Origin: Fonticula alba ATCC 38817
Lineage: Eukaryota > Protista > Nucleariida
Length of the DNA: 37,272 nucleotides
Reading direction: 5' to 3' (one strand)
NCBI GenBank assembly: GCA_000388065.2
Contig: KB932208.1
Shown here: in pieces, positions 11,659 to 22,992 of the stretch
Layout: the number at the start of each line of letters is the position of its first letter
Position numbering within the stretch: position 1 is the first letter of the stretch
The notes under the pieces: model-generated
What the model saw: the letters and a program-made list of their open reading frames with translations, nothing else
Database searches by the model: none
Told to the model about the DNA's origin: nothing
Translations under genes and position numbers: made by a program

Positions 11659-14050
11659 TACTACCATCACCACCACCACCGGGGGACGGCTCAGTGGGGC
11701 TGCTGTCGCCCGTGGCACTGGCCGACACTTGCGGGGCCACGGTCAAGGCCGGCGAGGGGGTGATGATGATCTCCGTCTGCGAGTTCAACAGACGGCAGGA
11801 GTGCGCAATGTTGATGGCGGTCTCCTGCTTGTCGCCGGTCAGCACCCACAGGCGGATGCCGGCGCGCAGCAGCAGCTCAATGGACTCCGGCACGCCGGCC
11901 TGCAGGCGATCCTCGATGGCCGTGGCCCCCAGCAAGATGAGCTCCCTCTCGATGGCATCGGACGCGCGCTCCAGCGCCTCGTCGCGATTGGCCAGATCAT
12001 CGATGCCATCCAGGTAGTTGCTGCGCCAGTGCGCATACTCCCCCGGGGAGAGCTCGCGCCAGGCGATGCACAGCGTCCGCAGGCCCAACCGAGCGAAGGT
12101 ATTCAGCGCTCGCCGGGTGGACGCCACGGCGCGCTGCGTGTGCAGCACATCCGACAGGCCGTAGAAGCCGGCCGGCCGGCCGGCGATCTCGGCCGCCGGT
12201 GTCCCGGAGGCCGTGTCCCAGCCGGTGACCTGGGCACCACCGCCGCCCGTGCCAGGGCCCGAGCCGGCCACGATGGAAGACCCACCCGCACCGGGGCCCG
12301 GCCCGGGGAAGGCCCCCTCGGGCCCGGCCACGAAGGGAGCCAACCGCGAGAGGATCGTATCGTCGGCCCCCTTGCAGAAGAGCACCCGCCGGGGCGCGCC
12401 GCAGGCATGTCGGCCGGCCTCCGGCGGGAGCTCAATCACCACGCTCATGCGCTTGCGTGCCGAGGAGAAGTCATTGATGTGCAGAACGTGATACTTGCGA
12501 TCGACGGCCCCGAGCCCGCGGCCCTCCAACGGGTCGTAATCCGCCGGCGGGGTGGGCCCCGACCCGGCGCCCAGGGCATCGGCCCCGTCGGCCCCGGCGG
12601 CCTGCTGGCCCGCGGACCCGGTGACCGCCGCATGCAGCGCACGGAAGGCCCCCGCCAGCCGGGCCCCGATCGACCGCTTGGCCGGCCGGCTGATCGACGA
12701 GGCGTCGGTGCCGGCCAGCGAGGGAGTGCGCCCGATGCTGGTGCCATCGGCCTCCAGCTCGTCCTTGTCCCCGGGCGAGAGGAAGGACCCATCGGCCCCG
12801 AGGCCGTCGGCCTTGGCCTCGGCCTCGGCCAGGGCACGCGCGCGATCCGGCGGCAGGATGCCCCCCACCCGCACGAAGGCCACATCGATTTCCCGCTTGT
12901 GGAAGAAGTACCCACAGGACCGGGCCGCCCGGACCAGGGCATCCTCATCCGGCGAGGAGGCCCGGTAATTGATCATCCCCGGGGCCTGGAGCAAGCCATC
13001 CTCGGCCTCGGCCCCGGCCACCAGGGCCAGGCCCCCGTCGCCATCGGCCCCGCCGCCGGGACCCGCGCCGGTCAGGGACCCGGACCCGCGAGAAGCCCCC
13101 GAAGCCAAGGAAGCCACTGATCCGGCTGGACTGGCGCCCGAGGAGGCCGCCCCGGGGGCCGACAGGTCGCCCATGGGGATGGACACGCTGGCGCTGCTGC
13201 CCCCGGCCCCGGTGACCGGGGGCGGCGGCAGGGACAGGCCGCCAGGCCCATCCCCGGGGCTGGCCACCGACGGCCGGACCGGCGGGTCGGCCGGGCTCGG
13301 GGTCTTTTCCTGCTCGGCAGCCGACAGGGACACATCCTCCGGGATGACCGTCTGGCACACGGCAAGTGCCACCATGAAGGCATCGACCACCGACGGCCGG
13401 GCCACGCGCGAGGAGATCGACTCGGACCGCGGCCGGCCGGTGCCGGCCAAAACTTGCGACCCCATGCTCGAGGGGGGCACATACGGCGTGCCTTGGATGG
13501 CATCCAGGATGGAGCTCCGATCGAAGTAGGGAGCCTGCGTCCATGGGCAGGAGCGAATGGCCCAAGCCACCGGCCGGGTCAGCGAACAACCTCACGGAGG
13601 GGCCAAAGGGGCGGCAAGGGAAACCGGCCGGTGCCGGACGTACCCGCATGAAGCTCCCCTCGTCGGCGTACGGGCCGCCAAAGACCAGGCCGTCGATGAC
13701 ACAGCGCTGGAAGACCATCTTATTGCGCGTCAGGGTGCCGGTCTTGTCGGAGAAAATGTGCTCCACCTGCCCGAGCTGCTCATTGAGGTTGGTGGTGCTG
13801 GCCTTCGATGGAGGGTATGGCGGAGGCGGGGCCGGGGATCCATCGGCCGGGGGGGGCAGCGCCGGTGCCCGCAAGGCCGGGTCTTTGGCAATCAGGAATC
13901 CCTGAATGAAACGGGCAATTTCCAGCTGGAAGAACAGCCTGGGGGCGAGGGACATGTGTCAAGAGGTGGGCCGGCAGGGAGAGAAGGGAGAGGGAGGGAG
14001 GGGGAGGGAGCAGCGGACGAAGGAATAGGTAGAATCAAAAAGGAAGAAAG

Positions 14051-14095
<45 letters not shown>

Positions 14096-17000
14096 CCCCC
14101 GGGCAGGACACACGCACGTCAGGGGAATCATGTTTTGCAGAAGGAGAATCGCCCGCAGCGTGTAGACGATGGCCGTGTCATCGGTCCCGGGGTTGGCCGT
14201 ACGCTGGCCAAGGTACCAGGGCCGGCCGCGGATGCGATCGGTCGAAGCACGCGTCACTGTCAGGATGATGGCCAGGATGACAATGCACAGGAACATCAAC
14301 AAAACCATGTGGTTAAGGCGCCGCTGCAGGCTGGACTCCTTGATCGGGGCGGCGGCGCTGTTCTTGAAGAGCTTGGTCTCCTGGCCGGCATACACGACGA
14401 TGCCCACGGCCCAGGCCGTGTTGCGGATGTGGCTCCCCCGTAGCACCACATTGTAGGGCTCGATGAGCTTGCGATTGTCGCCGCCGGCCGGGGCCAGCGG
14501 CGTGGTGGGCGGCAGGGCCGACGCCACCGGGGTCGGTGCGGCCGAAGCCACTGGCAGCGGCCCGCCGCCGGTCTCCGGCCCACGGCCACCAGTGGGCGAG
14601 GCGGGGATCTGAATGCGCAGGGCGCCCGGCCCGGCATGCGGGGCGTCCATGTCGGTGGCCGGGGCCCGCGGCGAGGCCACCGACCCGCCGGGCCCGGCGC
14701 TCGGGCCATCGAGCAGCAGCTGCGCCGGACCCGGGGCAAGGGGCGGGCTGGCCCCGGACACACCGGCCTCCACCGGCGGCGGGCCGGTCAGGAAGTCCAG
14801 ATCGCTGCCAGCCCGGCCGGAGAGATCCACAGACCGGCCACGGCGGCTGGGCGATGCCACCGGCCGCTGGGCACGCAAGGACACCGAGCGCGTGGGCAGG
14901 CGCGGGCTCCGGCCCGGCGTCCCGGGCACATTGCTGCCCGGAGAGCCGGGCATGGTGGGAGACGCGCAGGCCGAGGCGCCATCGCCGGCCGCCGGCCCCG
15001 GGCCAAGGGGCGGGCTGGCGCCATGGTGCTCGTGGTGCTCGCGCGCCGGGGCATGGCCGCCACCGGCGCGCGGCTGCAGCGTCAGCTCTGCCAGCCCCGA
15101 GAAGGTGTACAGCCGGCTGTTGGGCTGCTCGCACTGGATGGATCCGGCCAGGCGGGAAAACTGGTCCAGGCGCTTCAGCCGGTGCGTGATGGGCAGGGCG
15201 CTGCGAATCTTGAGGTTGGTCTCGCCATCGATCGAGGCTGTCTCGACAAAGCAGACGCCCTGCGGCTCGGAGGTGGAGATCTGGCCACGGGCAGGAGCCC
15301 CGGCCGGGAGAGGGGGGCGGGGAGAGGCAGGCAACAGCCGGGTAAGTGAGGGAAGTGCCAGGAGGTAGAGTGCCCCATGGCAGGAGGAGCATGGTGACAT
15401 GGGGAATAGAAGTCAAAGGGGGGGGGGGGATCGTACAAGCACAATGTCCGCGGGCACCGCGTCGTCCTTGGCCAGGCAAAGGGTGTCCCCCACGCAGATG
15501 GCTCCCGAGCGGACCGGCACAAATTGCCCCTGACGGAGAACCATGACGGGACGACGGTTGGTCTGGCGATCGGCCCAGTACTGTGTCGGCGCATGGGCGC
15601 ATGGGCGCATGGGCGCATGGGCGCATGGGCGCATGAGAGAGAGAGAGAGAGAGAGGAAGGGAGGGGGCAGGGGGTCAGACAGCTGCAGGGGGGCCGCGAA
15701 ACAAGCACCGGACACGGGGAGGGCGCGCGCGGGCGGGCACGCACGCGCAGGAAATCCTCGATGAGCTCCTTGAAGGCCGACAGGACAATGACAACGAGCA
15801 GCGGCGCCGCGGCCAGGGCCGGGCTGATGACACCGACATTCGGCACCAGCGTGAGGCAGGCACACACGAGGAAGAAGAAGTTGGACGCTCGGCCGAACTG
15901 CTCGAAGAGGAACTTCGGCAGGAAGGTGAGGATGGTGTACTTACTGGTGGACACGGCATTCTGCACGAAGTTGGAGTTCTGCGGGTGCGGCATCGCCAGC
16001 GAGGAGGGCTCGATCTGGTCCTCCGGCCGGGCCCAGCACCAGGACATGATGCTCATCCACCAGGACAAGGACAGCAGGCTGGCCAGGTGGAATGTGGCCT
16101 GCTGGTCGGCCGAGCCGTCGCCGATGGACCCGATGAAAATAACGCGCGGTGCTTGGGCCACCGTGTCGGTGGCGGCGCGCGAGGATGACCCGGCCCAGGG
16201 GACCAGCGACCGGGCACTGGGCGAGCAACCGACCGGCGACGAAGAGGGGAGTTAGATCGCTTGGAGGGGCCGGGTGCCGAAGACCAGCCGGCCGAGGCCG
16301 GCGGGNNNNNNNNNNNNNNNNNNNNNNNNNNNNNNNNNNNNNNNNNNNNNNNNNNNNNNNNNNNNNNNNNNNNNNNNNNNNNNNNNNNNNNNNNNNNNNN
16401 NNNNNNNNNNNNNNNNNNNNNNNNNNNNNNNNNNNNNNNNNNNNNNNNNNNNNNNNNNNNNNNNNNNNNNNNNNNNNNNNNNNNNNNNNNNNNNNNNNNN
16501 NNNNNNNNNNNNNNNNNNNNNNNNNNNNNNNNNNNNNNNNNNNNNNNNNNNNNNNNNNNNNNNNNNNNNNNNNNNNNNNNNNNNNNNNNNNNNNNNNNNN
16601 NNNNNNNNNNNNNNNNNNNNNNNNNNNNNNNNNNNNNNNNNNNNNNNNNNNNNNNNNNNNNNNNNNNNNNNNNNNNNNNNNNNNNNNNNNNNNNNNNNNN
16701 NNNNNNNNNNNNNNNNNNNNNNNNNNNNNNNNNNNNNNNNNNNNNNNNNNNNNNNNNNNNNNNNNNNNNNNNNNNNNNNNNNNNNNNNNNNNNNNNNNNN
16801 NNNNNNATGTGAGTTCGGCGGACAAGCAGCGGGGGGAAGGGCACCAAGCAAAATACAAAAAAGAGAGCGAGACACGGGGAGCCGGGGGCCGGGGGAGGGA
16901 AGCGGCACGGGCGAAAGCCCGAGAGGGCACACGCGCCAGTGCCGGCGCTCGCTGGGCCATGCCGGTGTAGATCGCCACGGGCGCGCACCTGGTTCGGATC

Positions 17001-17456
17001 GCCGGAATGTGCGCAATCGCAGGGAGGCTCGTCCGACTCGTCGCCCGAGCTGTGGCCAGGGTCAAAGCCATCGTGCAGGTCCTCCTCGTAAAAGGCATCC
17101 TCCTCGTCATCAAGGAAGTCATCCTCGTCGGAGAAGGCGTCGACCACCAGGCCGGCGGGCTCGGGCTCGGGCTCGGCGAAGGTCACGCGCGGGCGGCCAG
17201 CCGCTGCATGGCTGCCAGCTCCATGGCCGCCGCCATCGGCACCGGTGCCGGCGCCGCTGCTGTTGCCGCCGCTGCCGGCCCCGGCCCCGGCCCCGGCATT
17301 GGCCAAGATCGATACCGGCTCATGGGGTGCGCCGGTCAGATCGATCGGCTGCTCGGGGGCCGGGCGTCCAGCCGGCACGACGATCAACGGCGACTGGGAT
17401 GTGTACGGAGTCGATCCCTCGGACTGGTCGGAGGAAGCGTGGGGGGACAGCGACAT
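5065..17456 (-). CDS. P4-type ATPase (phospholipid flippase, DRS2/ATP8-like architecture), ~2,400 aa with large low-complexity inserts. Single-copy exon model (5'->3'): 17456-16933, 16216-15745, 15580-15437, 15280-14118, 13938-13644, 13534-11108, 10859-10794, 10568-10257, 10092-9767, 9585-9373 (exons 7-10 repeated at 8067-8002, 7776-7465, 7300-6975, 6792-6580), 6378-5065
   Basis: Motifs: [29 protein letters not shown]|[24 protein letters not shown] (DGET), [37 protein letters not shown] (phosphorylation Asp), [75 protein letters not shown]. All internal junctions are GT..AG and phase-compatible. The exon 1 donor (16932) spans a gap and is less certain. Internal duplication 6431-11192 and apparent frameshift near 6132-6136 (see findings). 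Confidence 0.93.
6431..8400. repeat. Segmental duplication copy 1 (blocks A-B-C), near-identical to 9224-11192
   Basis: By direct comparison, 6431-8400 matches 9224-11192; the only difference I found is one G in an intronic G-run (G13 vs G12). It carries the exon 6 tail and exons 7-10 of the P4-ATPase. Confidence 0.95.
7898..7958. repeat. Intronic 9-bp minisatellite (GCGGGCAGA/GCGGGCATA), present in all three B copies with variable copy number
   Basis: Visible tandem units at ~7898-7958, ~8992-9034 (two units fewer) and ~10690-10750. Confidence 0.85.
8401..9223. repeat. Third copy of block B (exons 7-8 of the P4-ATPase), equivalent to 7307-8147 and 10099-10939
   Basis: Matches the other B copies but is 18 bp shorter in the GCGGGCA(G/T)A 9-bp intronic minisatellite (823 vs 841 bp). 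The left junction has 2-bp AG microhomology; the right junction has none. Confidence 0.95.
9224..11192. repeat. Segmental duplication copy 2 (A'-B''-C''), contiguous with the unique 5' part of the gene
   Basis: Same sequence as 6431-8400; continues into unique exon 6 at 11193. Confidence 0.95.
14052..14092. repeat. (GA)n microsatellite acting as intronic polypyrimidine tract on the sense (-) strand
   Basis: One of many: ~15636-15654, ~24055-24076, ~24123-24143, ~24888-24925, ~25624-25641, ~29763-29779 (GA on +) and ~33916-33941 (CT on +, inside the + strand SUN gene). Confidence 0.9.
15590..15655. repeat. Intronic 8-bp tandem repeat (CATGGGCG)~5 followed by (GA)n
   Basis: gcatgggcgc atgggcgcat gggcgcatgg gcgcatgggc gcatgagaga..., directly upstream of the exon 3 acceptor on the - strand. 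Confidence 0.9.
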
Positions 17457-19646
17457 CCTGGGCAGGCAAGGATGCCGGGGAGGCGCTGCAAGGGGGGGGA
17501 GGGGGGGGGGAGCGAGGGGGGTGGAGGCTGCGCTCGACTGGCGTGCCTCGGGCGCCCGGGGGCCAGAAGGGCTGGGAGTGGAGGGAGTGAAGACGGCGGC
17601 GCCCGCCGGTGGATCTCGCGAGGCGCGGCTCGCCGGCCGGAGGGGGGCGAAGCGCCGGGGAGAAGGGCGTGGGGGGGTGGCGAGCACGAAGGGGGAGCGG
17701 GCGTGTGTGCGTGTGTGTGGGTGTGCCGCCGTGCGTGCGTGCGTGCGTGCGTGCGAGAGGAGGGCCAAAGGCGTGAAGGAGCGGGATGCCCCGGGCCGCA
17801 GGGCTGCCCGGCCCGGAGCGTGATCCCTGAAGAAGGACGCGCTGGACAGCCTCGAGCGTGTGCGCAGGGGGCGCGCCTGCGCCGGGCCCGGCTGGGGCGG
17901 CCCCCGGCAGGGCGGCAGACCGAGCGAGGCCCGCGCCTCCTGCGCCCCATCGCCGGCGGATGGGCGGCTCGAGTGCCGTCTAGAACCGGTGAACATGGAG
18001 CACTCCCTGGGCCGGAGGGGATTTCGCCGAATCGCTCCCCGCCGCCCCCGCCTCCCGAGGGGCAAGGGTGGCCACCACGGGCGCGCACAGCCAGCCATCG
18101 GAACGGGCAATCGTGCGAACACCGGCGTGCGCCGGCGGAGCCAGCGTTGGGGGTTCGTACTCGCCCCCGGCCCCCCCCCCCCCCCGCCGCCGCTGGGCGT
18201 TTGGCCAGCCGGCTGGTCCCTGGGGCCGCCCCGCCCCCCCCCTTCCCCTCCTCCGGCGGTAATGAGGGCCTGGGGCCATCCGCGCATGTCGCGGCTATTG
18301 AACATGTCTGGGGGCCGCCCGCGCGCAGGGAGGGCGCGGGCGGCCCACACATCGGGGCCTCGCCCTCTTCTCCCGGCCTCTCGGCCCGGCCGTCGAGCCC
18401 TCCCTTGAGGCCGTGATGCCCGGGGGGTGGGGGCGCGGGGGGGGGGGGGGGGGCAAAAACATGGGAACTCCATACCGGAGGACCGGGGGAGAACTGCGTG
18501 TGTCATTAGAGACCAACGCGGGGGCGGGGGGGGGGGGGGGCGCCCCAACCGGGGGCCCCACGGCGGGCGGGCGCGCCCGGCCCCGGAGGGGGGACCGGCC
18601 ACCGGGAAAATGCGGCGGGAACGCGGCCCGGGAAAAAAAAGATCAGGGCCCGTCATACATCGCCCCTCTCCCCCGGACATAGCTGGGGCGACACGCGCGC
18701 GCGCGCGCGCACGGGACCCCTCCCGCCCCACCGCCCCCGGCGCTGCACGGGAAGACCGCAGCGCCCATGGCGACCCCGGTGCCAGTGCCACCGGATCCTT
18801 GGCACGTCCCGCCCGCCGCGCCTCCCCGCCGGCGGCCTCCCTCGGCCGGACGCCCCCGGCGGGGGTTTCACCCCAACATGGGCATCGGCGCGGCCCGCGC
18901 GCACGATCGCCCGTGCCGACACCCCGCCCCGGGATGCGGATGCCGGCGACCACAAGGGGCCGGGGGGCCCGGGGTGTGTGTGTGTGTGTGCCCCCCCCCT
19001 GAGGTTCCGGCGCTCCGCGGTCCCGAACGGTCAAGAGCCGCCCCCCGCCCGAGGCGCACGGTCCTTGGCTTCCCGGCCTGTCCGCNNNNNNNNNNNNNNN
19101 NNNNNNNNNNNNNNNNNNNNNNNNNNNNNNNNNNNNNNNNNNNNNNNNNNNNNNNNNNNNNNNNNNNNNNNNNNNNNNNNNNNNNNNNNNNNNNNNNNNN
19201 NNNNNNNNNNNNNNNNNNNNNNNNNNNNNNNNNNNNNNNNNNNNNNNNNNNNNNNNNNNNNNNNNNNNNNGGGGGGGGGGGGGGGCGGGCGCACACGCTC
19301 CCGGCGCTTTTTTTCCGTCCCCGTCGTTTGAGCGCCGGCGTCCGGGCCTGAACCGGGTCTGTTTTTCTCCGCCCCCCTCGCGCTTTTCACGATCTCAGTC
19401 ATCGACCAGAATGGGCAGGCCGCCTGTCTCGGGGTCTTTGCCGGTGGCGTGCGCGCGCCCACGCACGCACACCGCATGCCGGACGGGGCCAAGCGCCCCT
19501 GATGACCGGCACATTCCCCGGCCGGCCGGGCTCGAAAGAAAAGGAGAGGTACGCTCCCCCCCGCCAGCGGGGAGAGGGCGCGGCCCCCTGCCGGCCGGGG
19601 GCGTGAGAATGGAGGCCGGGCCAGAGACGGGGGCGGGCCCCGGCCC

Positions 19647-19652
19647 AAAAAA
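19647..19652 (-). terminator. RNA Pol III T6 terminator of tRNA-Glu
   Basis: AAAAAA on + (TTTTTT on -), 4 nt downstream of the discriminator base. Confidence 0.85.
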
Positions 19653-19656
19653 GGTA

Positions 19657-19729
19657 TTCCCATACCGGGACTCGAACCCGGGTCTCGTGGGTGAGAGCCA
19701 CGTATCCTAACCACCTAGACTATATGGGA
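19657..19729 (-). tRNA. trnE-CTC: tRNA-Glu (anticodon CTC), intronless, 73 nt
   Basis: Minus strand TCCCATA-TA-GTCTAGGTGGTTAGGATA-CGTGG-CTCTCAC-CCACG-AGAC-CCGGG-TTCGAGT-CCCGG-TATGGGA-A. Perfect acceptor, anticodon and T stems; A-box and B-box present; no encoded CCA. Confidence 0.97.
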
Positions 19730-20398
19730 GGGGTGGCTTTACAGCCGCACGGGGCCTATTTATTTCCTTGCTCTTCATGCGCCCCCCCCCCCGGCTCTCG
19801 GACCTGCCGACATGCTCGCCCACCCTCTCTTTCTCAGGCACCCGAGGCGGGAGAGAGGGGCCCATCCACACCGATGTATAGGCCTGCGCAAGAGCACCAC
19901 ACAGACCAAGATCCTCCCCGGTGCCGGCGGTACGCATCCTCCCAAGGAGGGCCCCACCCCCCCCCCCCCCCCCCGCGAGACGCCCAGGAGAAGGCGGGAG
20001 CGCACAGGGACAACTCTTCCGTTTTCAACAAGGACAGGGCGGTGTATTGTGGTGGGGCATGGCTGTGCACGCTCGGCGCGCGCACAGCCAAGTACAAGCC
20101 ACGCAGAGGGAGGGGGGAAGGGAGAAGGAGAAGGGAGGGGGAGAGGAGCAGAGTGGAGGGGGAACGGGGGGAATGGTGACATGGAAGAAGCCAGGCACAC
20201 ATCGCCACGAGGGGGAGATGAGCAGGGGGAGGAGAAGCACCTGCGCCCCAGCCCCAGCCCCCTACAAACAGGAGAGGGGAGAGGAAGGAGGCACGGCCCC
20301 CGCCCCCCCCCCCCCCCCCCATGATCGCCCCTGCACACACCTCCTCCTCTCGCCGCCGCCCCCTCCCCCTCTGGAGGGGAAAAGGGGACAGCCTCTCC

Positions 20399-21582
20399 TC
20401 AGCAGTCCACCTGCACCGGGCGGTATGCGCTGAAATAGTTGTTCGGAACCCAGCCAGAGCGCGTCGGATCGGTCGCCGAGCGGACAAACCACCACGACGA
20501 CTGCTCCAGGACGCTGGTCGGCGAGTCCGGGCTCATGGGCGTGTCCGGGGCCCCGGACACCGAGGTCGGGTCCTCCGGGTCGAAGGACTCCGAGCGAGAA
20601 ACCACCACGAACTTCTCCCCCATGGAGAAGGCCAGCTCATCCGGGTTCTCACACTCGGCCGGAGTCCGATCGAAGATGGCGAAGATCTCCTCGGCGGTCA
20701 GGAAGGAGTGGAGCTCGGTCTCAATGAGCTTGGCCGTATCCGGGCAGGAGGACAGCGTAAGCGGAGTGTCATCCTCGACATTGCGCGCCAGCAGGCTGGC
20801 CCCGGAGAGAATCAGCTGCCGGGCAACATCGAGGCTGCCACAGGACGCCGCGCCGTGCAGCGGGGTCCAGCCATCGACATCAAACTGCGCGGCAGAAGGG
20901 GCGGGGGGGGGGGGGAGAGGGAGAGAAAAAAAGAGATGGAGGATTCCGACCAAATGGAAGAGACGGCCGGGGTAAAGATGACAAACAGGGTGTTAGTGGA
21001 GCATCGAGAAGGAGACGCACACACCGCATGCCAAGGGCAGGAGGGTGGCAGAGCAGCAGCCCACGCTGAAGGACCACAGGCGCGCGCGCGCGCGCGCGGG
21101 CGCACGCTCCACGCGAAGGATGGCCACCCACACCGACCCGAGGGAGGGAACAAGGGGGGGGGAAGCAAGGAAGGAAGCCCCAACAGCCACGCACCACGTT
21201 CGGCCGAGCGCCCTTGCTCAGCAGGTATTCGGTGATGTCGACATAGCCATTGCAGGCCGCGCAGTGGAGCGGCGTCAAGCCTTCGTCATTGGACCGATCC
21301 ACCACCGGGATATGGTCGTCCACCGGCCGGTAGCCGGTCGTCGAGCCGGGAGCCGGAACGCCAGTCGCAGGGGCGCCGGTGCGGCGCGGACCGGCCGCCC
21401 CCAGCGGCGGTGTCGAGTCCGACTCCACGCACTTCTTCACCAGATCCAGGTCCCCGTAGAAGGCCCCATCGAGGATGAGCACCGCCAGGTTGAAGCGCAG
21501 ATCCCGACGAGGAGTGGACTTGGTGTTGGAAGGCTTGAGGATGGACTTGGGCGGCCGCTTGGGGCCGGGACCAGCAGCAGCA

Positions 21583-21617
<35 letters not shown>

Positions 21618-22992
21618 GACACCCGCACCGGCATCGGCGCCGGACGCCGGGGCAACTACCCCCGGCGCGGGGGACACCGCCGTCGCCTCCGGGGTCGCCT
21701 GCTCGCGGACATTCGCCGGGATCAAGGTCGGCGACGGCTGTGCCGAAGGAGGCTTGCCGGGGCCGGGGCTGGCGCCGGGGCTGGACCCGGCCGCGGCGCT
21801 GCCACTGCCGGTGCCCGCTGCCGCCCCGGCGGGAGATCCCTTGGCCTGGGGAGGGGAGGGCGCCCGCAGGGCGGCCGCCAAATCGGCCACCAGCGGCGTC
21901 GAGGAGGCCGACCCGGCGGCGCTGCTGGGCGCCGGCCCGGCCGGGGTCTCACGCGCCTCGAGGCGGGCGCACCGCCTGGCCAGGCGCGCCACCTCCAGCT
22001 GGGATTTGGACAGCTCGGCGTTGGCCATCTCCAGGGCGGTCTCCGACTGGCTCAGAGCCTGGCGCGTGGTGCGAAGCTCCGTGTCCGAGTCGAGGGCCTG
22101 GCGCTCGGCCGCCCGCAGCGACGTCTCCAGGGTCTCGATCTGGCGCCGGAGCTCCGCGAGCTGGCTGTCAAACTGCCAGGAGGGGAAGGGCCACGTTCGG
22201 GCAGACCACACCGCGGCCAAGAGGGCGCCACATCCGAGCAGGACATTCGCCAGGAGCATGGTCAGTGGTAGCACATACCAATGGAAGGATGGGTCGGGGG
22301 TGTCACGCGGGAGAGGGGGAGGGGGGGAGGGGGAGAGATGGAGAGATGAAGAGATGGAGAGATGAAGAGATGGAGAGATGGAGAGATGGAGAGATGGAGA
22401 GATNNNNNNNNNNNNNNNNNNNNNNNNNNNNNNNNNNNNNNNNNNNNNNNNNNNNNNNNNNNNNNNNNNNNNNNNNNNNNNNNNNNNNNNNNNNNNNNNN
22501 NNNNNNNNNNNNNNNNNNNNNNNNNNNNNNNNNNNNNNNNNNNNNNNNNNNNNNNNNNNNNNNNNNNNNNNNNNNNNNNNNNNNNNNNNNNNNNNNNNNN
22601 NNNNNNNNNNNNNNNNNNNNNNNNNNNNNNNNNNNNNNNNNNNNNNNNNNNNNNNNNNNNNNNNNNNNNNNNNNNNNNNNNNNNNNNNNNNNNNNNNNNN
22701 NNNNNNNNNNNNNNNNNNNNNNNNNNNNNNNNNNNNNNNNNNNNNNNNNNNNNNNNNNNNNNNNNNNNNNNNNNNNNNNNNNNNNNNNNNNNNNNNNNNN
22801 NNNNNNNNNNNNNNNNNNNNNNNNNNNNNNNNNNNNNNNNNNNNNNNNNNNNNNNNNNNNNNNNNNNNNNNNNNNNNNNNNNNNNNNNNNNNNNNNNNNN
22901 NNNNNNNNNNNNNNNNNNNNNNNNNNNNNNNNNNNNNNNNNNNNNNNNNNNNNNNNNNNNNNNNNNNNNNNNNNNNNNNNNNNNGAGAGCTG

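Noticed and set aside
7165-11718. 1517-aa minus-strand ORF spanning the duplication
   Set aside because: A mosaic of off-frame exon, intron and one true exon, left open by GC richness and the repeated blocks; not a coherent protein.
15590-15635. Short tandem arrays (8-bp, 9-bp) as CRISPR-like or coding repeats
   Set aside because: No unique spacers, units too short, located in spliceosomal introns, no cas genes.
16306-16806. A required hidden flippase exon in the gap
   Set aside because: A phase-2 donor at 16932 (GC|GTGTGC) matches the phase-2 acceptor at 16217 (with a CTAAC branch site), so no extra exon is needed, although one cannot be excluded.
19499-19600. TGATGA near the tRNA as a C/D snoRNA box C
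   Set aside because: Preceded by C rather than a purine; no box D (CTGA) or terminal stem at a suitable distance.
17457-19640. Transposon or additional gene between the flippase ATG and the tRNA
   Set aside because: No transposase/RT motifs, terminal repeats or target-site duplications seen; the ORFs are low-complexity GC-rich readthroughs. Treated as 5' UTR/promoter.
22173-22300. Hydrophobic TM-like stretch (WYVLPLTMLLANVLLGCGALLAAVW) in ORF 20880-23411, suggesting a membrane-anchored ASPP
   Set aside because: It lies in an intron: a pyrimidine-rich CAG acceptor at 22173-22175 gives a phase-0 join of ..TQAK to FDSQLAE.., continuing the coiled coil.
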